A stretch of 64,000 nt of DNA from a virus (lineage: Duplodnaviria; Caudoviricetes), in the IMG/VR virus record IMGVR_UViG_3300031867_000034, positions 1-64,000 of that record; one strand, written 5' to 3'. Below, one piece after another: positions 56,481-64,000 of this stretch. The notes beneath the pieces are model-generated. The model was not told the DNA's origin and searched no databases. It saw nothing but the letters and a program-made list of their open reading frames with translations. The stretch's first letter is position 1; each line of letters opens with the position of its first letter. Both the position numbers and the translations under genes were made by a program.

Positions 56481-57264
56481 AGTACAAGGAATTGATGTTA
56501 GTCATCATAATGGAGTTATTGATTGGAAAAAAGTAGCTGCAAGTGGTAAGAAATTCGCTGTTTTGAAATGCCAGTATGAAGCACAGAGTCATAGAAAAGA
56601 TGATTGTTTTGAAACAAACTATAAAGGTTGCGAAGAAAATGGAATTGCCAGAGGTGTATATATTTATATTGCTAGGACTTCTATGGCTGATCCTGTTCAG
56701 GATGCTAAATCTCTTTTGGCACACCTTAATGGTCGCAAGCTTGAATATGGTATATGGCTTGACTTGGAAGATAAAACAGTGGATGTAAAAGGTAAAGCAT
56801 ACATAAGGGATCTTGCTTATCAGTATACAGATATCTTTATTAAAGCCGGATATTATGTTGGTATTTATTGTAATCGTGATTGGTACATAAGACTTATCCA
56901 TGATAATCTGAAACGTGATTTTGATTTTTGGATAGCAAGATATCCAAAACATGATAAGGGTGTTTACAATGAGCATTCAACCTTGAAGCCCAGTGTGAAT
57001 ATGGCTGTTGCTTGGCAGTATTCAAGCAAAGGTTCCGTTCCTGGAATAAAAGGAAATGTAGACCTTGATGTAGATTATGATGGTATTGTAAGTCTTATGG
57101 CTTCTACGCCAATAAGAAAAACTAATGAAGAAATAGCAAAAGAAGTCATAGAAGGTAAGTGGGGAACAGGATTTACTAACCCTACAAGAAAAGAACTACT
57201 GACAAGGGCCGGATATGATTACAACGTAATACAAAAAATAGTTAATAATATGTTGATTAAATAA
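56473..57264 (+). CDS. Endolysin: GH25 muramidase plus Cpl-7 domain
   Basis: GIDVSHHNG.IDW, WLDLED, WQYSSKG.VPGI.GNVDLD; IAKEVIEGKWG. Confidence 0.9.
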   Translation: MNEVQGIDVSHHNGVIDWKKVAASGKKFAVLKCQYEAQSHRKDDCFETNYKGCEENGIARGVYIYIARTSMADPVQDAKSLLAHLNGRKLEYGIWLDLEDKTVDVKGKAYIRDLAYQYTDIFIKAGYYVGIYCNRDWYIRLIHDNLKRDFDFWIARYPKHDKGVYNEHSTLKPSVNMAVAWQYSSKGSVPGIKGNVDLDVDYDGIVSLMASTPIRKTNEEIAKEVIEGKWGTGFTNPTRKELLTRAGYDYNVIQKIVNNMLIK

Positions 57265-57278
57265 AGGAGGATATAAAC

Positions 57279-58382
57279 ATGGCTTTAGGAACAGCGTATA
57301 TGACCGCAGATGGTGGAGGTAGTTCTAGTAAAAAGAAATTTGATATTGATGTATCAGGGATTAGAAACACTTTAACAAACCCTTCAAAGAGACTTCAACT
57401 TCAGACTCAGATGGATCTTCAGGGCTTTAATGGTGGATCTGGAAGTTACCCAGGGGCAAGTGGTTCAAGTTTATCTGGTTCAAGTGGTCGCTCTGGTGGT
57501 TCAGGTGGTTCAAGTTCAGGTGGTTCAGATTCTTATTCTGCTGAGTCTTATTCTGCGCCGGCTTTTGATTGGGCTGCTTATTATGCGGAGCTTCAGAGAC
57601 AGGCACAGGAAAGAGCTAATGCAGCATATGAGCGTAATATGGAAAGAATAGCAAGTGCTTATAATTCTGCTTATGGTAGCCTTTCAGGAAATTATGATTC
57701 TACTGTTAATAGATTGAATGCTGCAAGAGATAAATCTATGAGTGATGTTAACGCAGATGCAGAAAACTCACTCAGAGAAGCATATATCAACAATATGCTT
57801 TCAAAGAAAAACCTTAATCAGAGACTTTCTGCTATGGGTTATAATGGCGGTGCTACAGAGTCTACAATGGCTAGTCTTAATAATAACTATGGCAATTCAA
57901 GAACAGGCATAAATCAGACACTTAATGATAATATTGCTAACCTTGATGCTACATATGGTGATAATCTTGCTTCAGCACTTCAGAGCTTCAATTCTGCTAA
58001 GGCTAATCTTGATCTTCAGAGAATGCAACTTGAAATGCAAGCTGAAAATGCTAGACAGAACGCAGAAGCAAGCTCAATGTCAGGTGCTATGAGTATTGAT
58101 GGTTCTTATATGTCAGCGCTTCAGGCGGCACTTGCTAATCAGAGCAATTATACATACAACCAGTCACAGGCAACTAATGACTTCGTTGCTGGACAGGCTC
58201 AACAGGCCGCTAGTGCTTCAGAAGGTGCAAATTACTCTAAGTACTTAGCACAGGCACAGTTACAGGCTTCACAGGGAGCTAATGCAAATACAATTAGAAA
58301 CACCTTGTTTAATGCGGTTTCTAATGGTGATCTTGATATCAATTCTCTTTATAACATTCTTGCACAGTTAAGGGCAGCTTAA
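57279..58382 (+). CDS. Probable ejection (internal virion) protein
   Basis: Gly/Ser linker plus Ala/Asn/Gln coiled coil; precedes the giant ORF. Confidence 0.6.
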   Translation: MALGTAYMTADGGGSSSKKKFDIDVSGIRNTLTNPSKRLQLQTQMDLQGFNGGSGSYPGASGSSLSGSSGRSGGSGGSSSGGSDSYSAESYSAPAFDWAAYYAELQRQAQERANAAYERNMERIASAYNSAYGSLSGNYDSTVNRLNAARDKSMSDVNADAENSLREAYINNMLSKKNLNQRLSAMGYNGGATESTMASLNNNYGNSRTGINQTLNDNIANLDATYGDNLASALQSFNSAKANLDLQRMQLEMQAENARQNAEASSMSGAMSIDGSYMSALQAALANQSNYTYNQSQATNDFVAGQAQQAASASEGANYSKYLAQAQLQASQGANANTIRNTLFNAVSNGDLDINSLYNILAQLRAA

Positions 58383-58413
58383 TAGCTGTCCTTTTCTATT
58401 GGGAGGCTTATAG

Positions 58414-61400
58414 ATGGCTAAACAGTCAATGAAACAGCAGATATATCAATCAATAGCAAATAGTCAGGTACAAAAGGTAATGTCTCAGAAAAGAGATCAG
58501 GAGATTGCACAGTTACAAGCTGATTATGATGCTTGGGCTAAACAGCAAGCAGAAATACAGCAGTTACAGGCAGATTATGACGCATGGTTAAAAGAGAATA
58601 ATCCTCAGCCTGTTCAGACTCAGCCAGTACAACAGGCTACTGTTAATGAGATTAAACAGCAGATACCTTCTATTGCTGATTATGATAAGACAGCAGATAA
58701 TTTGCAGTACAGACAGGCCAAGAGGAATATCGCATTAAGAGATAAGCAGCGTGAGGACTACCAGCGTCAGCAGCAGATGGAACAGGAACTTGCTGATCCA
58801 AGATATGCTGAAAAAGAAAAGAAAAAGACAGAATTTAAGCAACTATCTAATCTTGCAGATTATCAGGCTGCTATGGATGCTCAGAAAAAGCAGACTCAAA
58901 ACAACTATGATGATTTAGTGTCTACTGTTCAGAATATGGAAAAAGCTGATAAGTGGCTTGATCCGTCCTATAAGTTGTCTAAGGAAGAGGAAAAGGAAGC
59001 TAAGAAGGTTGCTGAGACTGAGCTTGCAAAACTGAAGGGCAGAAGTCTTACAGATGAAGAAAAGGCAAGAAAGCAGACTTTTGAGGACCTTAAGACCAAG
59101 ACAAGCAATTTTAGATCTTTTGCTGTTGGTGCTGCTGATAAGGCATTGGATTACGGAAAGTTTATTTTACAGGGTGTGGCTGATACTCAGTCAAGACAAT
59201 TAGCGGCTCAGAATGAAACGGCTCAGGCTATGGGTGTTAATACTGGTTTAACTAATGAAGAGTTAAGCGGTATTGATGAAGAGACAAAAGAAAACATTCA
59301 GAGGCTAAATGATAGTACTGCTGATATTGTCCAGAATGTTAAGACTCAAAGTCCTAGAGCATATGGTCGCGGTCAAATGTCTACACAGCTTGCAGCATAC
59401 ATGCTTACTAATCCGGCTTTTGATTCTTTGGGTACTGCTGTAAATGCTGGTAGAATAGGTTCTTTTGCTGCTAATCAGGTCGGACAAAATGCTCAGGATC
59501 TTGTACTAGAAGAATTACCAATGCTTCAAAAGGCTATGAATGATGGTGATATATCTGAGGAAGAGAGAAATGAGATTTTAAAGACCGCCGGCTATAATGC
59601 TGTTGGTAATCTTATTCCTGGTATTGCTATGGAAGGTGTTAATAGTGTTATTGCTAAAAGGGCGGCTGATGCTGCGTCCAATGAAGCATTCAGGCAGAAT
59701 GTAAAGCAAGGCGCTGATTATCTTGAATACATCAATAAGAATGGTATCACTGGCCTTGAACCAAAGGCTAATGAAATTCCACAGATAGATCCTACCACTG
59801 CAGCTAATAATGATTTTACTAGGCTGATGAATGAATACAACAATACATTCAAGGATGATTCTGCCATGAGAAATATTTATAGCGAAGAGGATCTTGATGG
59901 TAGTCTTAACAAGCAACTTTCTGAGGCATTAGCAGATAATTCAAAGGCTTCTGTAAAAAAACCACAAATTGATAATATCAATGCTGCGCTTGATAAGGTG
60001 AATGCTGGAAGAACTACATATATTAAAGATTTTTATGAAGGCCCTAAACCAGTTTCTTTAGGTAATTCAGAACGTATAGAAATAGCTCCTGATACATATA
60101 ACAGGGCATTGGATATTTACAATAAGGCAAAACAGGATGGCTCCTTTGGTCCTAGGCTCAGGCAGTATGTAAAACAGTTATATGAATCAAAGTATAAAGA
60201 TCCGAAATATGGGCGAGTTATTTTAAATAACGTTTCTTTTAATGATGGTGATTATGTTGTTGAAATTGGTCACAGAGCTTTAAAAGAAGCTATTGATAAA
60301 GGACATTTATCACCAGAGAAAATTGCTACACTTGAAAAACTGGATGATCTTCTAGCAGATAGTGAGTTCATTGATAGCGGTTTACCCAAATATCATGGAA
60401 CAACTAATAAGTCACAACTTGTAAGATATGATTATTTTGAAACACCTATAACAATTAATGGAAAGAATTATATAGTTGGATTTGATGTAGAAGTAAATAA
60501 AGGTGGTAATAGATATAAAACACATAAGGTAGTAAATGAAATAAACCTCATCCCTACTGAGGGACAAGGTTTAACTTCAAATATTACTGAGACCACCGCA
60601 TCCAAGGGATTAACGGATGGAATTGGGGTAACACCCGATCGCATAACGGGGATCCCTACTCAGCAGTTAGAAAGATCTCTTTCTAACTCAAACATAGCAG
60701 ATGCTATCTCAGAAGTCAATAAAAAATCTGTAAAGAATATTGACATGCCACAAGATGCTCAGGAAAAGATATTATCTGACTTTGAGCAGATTTATAACAG
60801 CATGGATGATATGAATGCTGCGGCTGAAGCTTCCGGAAACGCTAAGGCAATTGAGAAGTTTGAAAAACTGCAGCAGTCAGTATTTGAGTATGAGGACTCT
60901 GTCTGGAAGTCTGAAAGTCTGGATGATGTTAATAAAGCTAAGAAAAAAGCGGATGCAGCTAGACAGGCTTTTGTACGTGAAATGCAGAAGACAGATCCTA
61001 ACTATAGGGCTAGTCTTACCGGCACTAAGCTTGGCAATGCTGAGTTTAGACGTACTTCAACAGCACCAACAGATAGCGCATTGTTGGATGAAATTGTTGA
61101 TGATATGGTTAAACAGGATATGGATAATCCTAATCGTTTTGTTAAAGATGCAAACAAAACCGATATTCCTGTTAATGCTCCTGTTAGCGGTAATGGTGAA
61201 CTTGAAATACACACTATACATGGTAGAAATGGTAGAGAGATTTACCAAGTTGTATCAAGGGAAGGAGATTTACTAACTCCGGTTGAGCCTGGAAAGACTT
61301 TCAACACAAGGGAAGAAGCAGAGAAAGCTATAGATCAGTACAGAACAATGGCTGAGTCTATAAGCAAACCTAAGAGCGACATTATCACATCTGAGCCTAT

Positions 61401-64000
61401 CGAGCCAGGAAAGTATGAGATACCAGATACACCGGAGAACGCGCCTAAAGATGTTCCTCCTGTTGATGGTATGAAAGAACGCGGAACATCTAAACATATC
61501 CGTAATGATGGCACTCCAATGAGGATGGAAGGCGTATCGGACGAAGTAGTATCAGACTTTAAAGACAATCCAGATATGTATAAGGCGCTTAAAAACTCTG
61601 ATACATTATCTAAGGCTGAGAAAATCTATAATGAGAGTTCAGATGCTTTAGTTGACTTTAGAGATATGGTTAGAAACCATGATCCCGCTGCCCTTCCATT
61701 AGGACACCAACTTGCTAAAGATTATTCTGCTGCCGGAAATCACGAAGCTGCTGCTCAGATTTATAGAGAAATGGGAGAACAGCTTACAAAAGCCGGTCAA
61801 TTCTCACAAGCGGCAGCAATTAATATGATGAAGAATGATCCTCTTACCGCAAGAGCCTATTTTGAACGCGAATTAGATGCGTTAAATAAAGCCGGCGCTG
61901 ACAAGTATGGTAAGAAGTGGAAAGATTTTGTGTTAACAGATGAAGAGCGAGCATTATTTGACAAAATCGCTCCTGGCGATTCTGAAGCCATTAAAAATGC
62001 AATAGATAAAATAGGCGTCAGAATTGAGAAAGAATATCCGGCTTCTGCATGGGAAAAGGTCCTTGAATTTAGAAGAGTAGCCATGTTATTTAACACTAGG
62101 ACTATTGTTAGAAATACATTGGCTAACCCTCCTACAGCGGCACTGCGATATGTTTCTGATAGGATTGAAGCTCTAGGCCAATATGCAGCACACTTAATCG
62201 ATCCGGACTTTGAGGTTACACAAGCAATTCGCGGAAGTAACCTAGAAACAAGAAAACTTGCAAAGGAGGTATATAATTCCAGCAAAGTTAAATCTTTGTT
62301 AGAAGGCGGAACAGGACGTTTATCTGAGATTCCTTCAGTTGGTGATTATGCCAAGTCGAAGCAGATGTTTAAAGGCGGATTTGTTTCTGACTGGGTTAAC
62401 AAAATGACTAATGGTGGCGTTGAAAAGCTTAACGCAAAACTCGGTAAGGAGAACGCAAAGTCTTTACTTGAACTAACTAGAAGTTCTGCTTATAAAGCCC
62501 TTGAAGTTACTGATAACCCAATGGTCCGTGAAAACTTTATATCAAGACTTGGAAGTTACATACGCGCAAAAGGAATAAAAAATGCCGCAGACGTTCCAGA
62601 CGAAGCTATATTGATGGCTTACGAAGAAGCAATGAAAGCTACTTATAAAGATAATAGCTTTATGGTTCAGGCTATTCGTAATTTTAAAAGCGGCATAGAA
62701 AGAACTGGAAACCATATTATTCCTGGTTTGGGTGATATGGCAAGTCAGGCTTTGATTCCTTACGTTCAGGCACCGGGAAATATTGCTGCAAGAACAATAG
62801 ACTATAGCGGCATAGGTTTTGGTAAAGGTATCGCCAAGATTGTTAAAGGCGCTTCTGCAAATGATGTAAAGATGATATCTAAAGGCATTGAAGAAGCTTC
62901 TAAGGGAGCAACAGGATCGTTAATGGCAGCGCTTGGATATGCTCTTTATAAATCTGGTGTCATAACAGGTACTTATTCTAATGACAACGATCAAAAAGCC
63001 TTTGAGAAAAAGAATGGATTTAGAGAGTTTGCTTTTAGATATAAGGTAAATGGACAGACAAAATATGACACTATAGACTGGATGCAACCATTTGTTGATA
63101 CAATTATGCCTGGCGTTTTGTTAGCTCAAGCAATAGAAAATTCTGATAAGTACGATTCAGATATTCTAAGATATTTTGGATTTGAAGGAACAAAACTAGG
63201 CAAAGTAACAGGCGTGGCAAAAGAAGGAGTAAAGAAGAATGTCAATTACTTCTTTGATTCAACGCCGCTTAAAAACCTTGGAGAACTGTTTAAAGGCAAT
63301 TATGGTAAAGAAACAGATTTAGCTGGTAATTTATGGGAAAATACAGTTGAAGATTTTGCAAGTGCATTAGTCCCAGCCGGAGTAAACGCCGTTACAAAGT
63401 CTGTTGATCCAATACAAAGGCAAACATACGACCCTAGCAATGCGTTTGGAACTTTTGTAAATGGTGTTGCTGCAAAGTTACCTAAAGTATCTGAGGCTTT
63501 GCCAGTTAAGTATGATACCTGGGGGCAGCCAATGACTTATGGCAATAGCAAGGGTGAGGCTGCTTTTGCAAAGATGTTATATCCTGGCGAACACACAAGT
63601 GATAAGGCAGATGAAACAGATAAAGAGCTTAATCGCTTGTTTGAAACAACAGGTAGCAACGCAGTATTCCCTCAAGTCGCCCCAAGTAAAGTAAATGGTG
63701 AGAAAATCAATAATAAAGAAGTCTCTCAGTATCAACAGGACGTAGGTGTTCGTAACAAATTACTGGTAGATGGTTTTATTAATTCCAGTTATTATGATGC
63801 TTTAGAAGACACAGACAAGGCCGATAAAATCGCTAAATTATATGGTGTTTCAAAAGCTATTACGGAGCGCGATAAGTTTGGCAAGGAAGTGTCTGAAAAT
63901 AGCGAATACAAAAAAGCTATTGAAGCATATGATGAAGCTGGTGGTGGAGAAAAGGGTGTAGATGCAGTAATTAACCATTATACAGCTAAAAAAATAACAG
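58414..64000 (+). CDS. Giant ejection / large polyvalent protein, 3'-truncated (>=1862 codons; not in ORF track)
   Basis: ATG with RBS GGAGG; the frame was stop-free wherever I translated it, though not checked codon by codon; helical and coiled-coil, with a putative BECR/LPD-like domain near 60120-60545. Confidence 0.8.
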   Translation, partial: MAKQSMKQQIYQSIANSQVQKVMSQKRDQEIAQLQADYDAWAKQQAEIQQLQADYDAWLKENNPQPVQTQPVQQATVNEIKQQIPSIADYDKTADNLQYRQAKRNIALRDKQREDYQRQQQMEQELADPRYAEKEKKKTEFKQLSNLADYQAAMDAQKKQTQNNYDDLVSTVQNMEKADKWLDPSYKLSKEEEKEAKKVAETELAKLKGRSLTDEEKARKQTFEDLKTKTSNFRSFAVGAADKALDYGKFILQGVADTQSRQLAAQNETAQAMGVNTGLTNEELSGIDEETKENIQRLNDSTADIVQNVKTQSPRAYGRGQMSTQLAAYMLTNPAFDSLGTAVNAGRIGSFAANQVGQNAQDLVLEELPMLQKAMNDGDISEEERNEILKTAGYNAVGNLIPGIAMEGVNSVIAKRAADAASNEAFRQNVKQGADYLEYINKNGITGLEPKANEIPQIDPTTAANNDFTRLMNEYNNTFKDDSAMRNIYSEEDLDGSLNKQLSEALADNSKASVKKPQIDNINAALDKVNAGRTTYIKDFYEGPKPVSLGNSERIEIAPDTYNRALDIYNKAKQDGSFGPRLRQYVKQLYESKYKDPKYGRVILNNVSFNDGDYVVEIGHRALKEAIDKGHLSPEKIATLEKLDDLLADSEFIDSGLPKYHGTTNKSQLVRYDYFETPITINGKNYIVGFDVEVNKGGNRYKTHKVVNEINLIPTEGQGLTSNITETTASKGLTDGIGVTPDRITGIPTQQLERSLSNSNIADAISEVNKKSVKNIDMPQDAQEKILSDFEQIYNSMDDMNAAAEASGNAKAIEKFEKLQQSVFEYEDSVWKSESLDDVNKAKKKADAARQAFVREMQKTDPNYRASLTGTKLGNAEFRRTSTAPTDSALLDEIVDDMVKQDMDNPNRFVKDANKTDIPVNAPVSGNGELEIHTIHGRNGREIYQVVSREGDLLTPVEPGKTFNTREEAEKAIDQYRTMAESISKPKSDIITSEPIEPGKYEIPDTPENAPKDVPPVDGMKERGTSKHIRNDGTPMRMEGVSDEVVSDFKDNPDMYKALKNSDTLSKAEKIYNESSDALVDFRDMVRNHDPAALPLGHQLAKDYSAAGNHEAAAQIYREMGEQLTKAGQFSQAAAINMMKNDPLTARAYFERELDALNKAGADKYGKKWKDFVLTDEERALFDKIAPGDSEAIKNAIDKIGVRIEKEYPASAWEKVLEFRRVAMLFNTRTIVRNTLANPPTAALRYVSDRIEALGQYAAHLIDPDFEVTQAIRGSNLETRKLAKEVYNSSKVKSLLEGGTGRLSEIPSVGDYAKSKQMFKGGFVSDWVNKMTNGGVEKLNAKLGKENAKSLLELTRSSAYKALEVTDNPMVRENFISRLGSYIRAKGIKNAADVPDEAILMAYEEAMKATYKDNSFMVQAIRNFKSGIERTGNHIIPGLGDMASQALIPYVQAPGNIAARTIDYSGIGFGKGIAKIVKGASANDVKMISKGIEEASKGATGSLMAALGYALYKSGVITGTYSNDNDQKAFEKKNGFREFAFRYKVNGQTKYDTIDWMQPFVDTIMPGVLLAQAIENSDKYDSDILRYFGFEGTKLGKVTGVAKEGVKKNVNYFFDSTPLKNLGELFKGNYGKETDLAGNLWENTVEDFASALVPAGVNAVTKSVDPIQRQTYDPSNAFGTFVNGVAAKLPKVSEALPVKYDTWGQPMTYGNSKGEAAFAKMLYPGEHTSDKADETDKELNRLFETTGSNAVFPQVAPSKVNGEKINNKEVSQYQQDVGVRNKLLVDGFINSSYYDALEDTDKADKIAKLYGVSKAITERDKFGKEVSENSEYKKAIEAYDEAGGGEKGVDAVINHYTAKKIT

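Larger units (their letters stand above)
36474..64000 (+). mobile_element. Phage B: partial podovirus-like genome (P22/T7-type morphogenesis with ejection proteins)
   Basis: Second TerS/TerL, portal, scaffold, capsid, adaptor, nozzle, fibres, holin/lysin and ejection proteins; no tape measure or tail tube; codon style differs from phage A. The exact left boundary is uncertain. Confidence 0.8.

Noticed and set aside
1-64000. CRISPR array or cas genes
   Set aside because: No regularly spaced repeat-spacer series; the linker repeats are irregular and lie within coding sequence.
1-64000. Stop-codon reassignment
   Set aside because: Core genes are full length under the standard code, and TAA, TAG and TGA all serve as stops.
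58414-64000. N4-like virion RNA polymerase
   Set aside because: No recognisable single-subunit RNAP motifs in the parts I translated; the C-terminus lies outside the window.

Overview
The window is all phage DNA, most likely from Firmicutes (Clostridia/Lachnospiraceae-like) hosts, and reads as two different genomes joined end to end. Phage A (about 1-36346) is an apparently complete ~36.3 kb siphovirus with no visible integrase. It carries TerS/TerL, an SPP1-type portal, MuF, scaffold, capsid, tail genes with a -1 frameshift chaperone, tape measure, Dit/Tal and a BppU-beta-helix tailspike. It also has a lysis module, a spore-coat-like operon, a Sak/RusA/initiator replication module, tRNA-Gln and four free-standing homing endonucleases. 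Bases 1-127 recur exactly at 36347-36473, which looks like a k=127 assembly overlap. After that repeat the sequence continues into phage B, a partial P22/T7-like podovirus. Phage B has a compositionally distinct early island (37.1-41.9 kb) with a type I toxin-antitoxin pair, then TerL, portal, scaffold, capsid, adaptor/nozzle, fibres, lysis genes, and a >1860 aa ejection/polyvalent protein that runs off the window. The most unusual signals are (1) arrays of small ORFs stitched together by recurrent microhomology linkers, (2) an antisense promoter and structured RNA embedded in-frame behind a putative nuclease domain of the giant virion protein, (3) a kissing-loop switch upstream of the replication initiator, (4) several candidate sRNAs/ncRNAs, and (5) orientation-specific repeats in the early island. 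All protein family calls come from reading motifs by eye; no database search was run.
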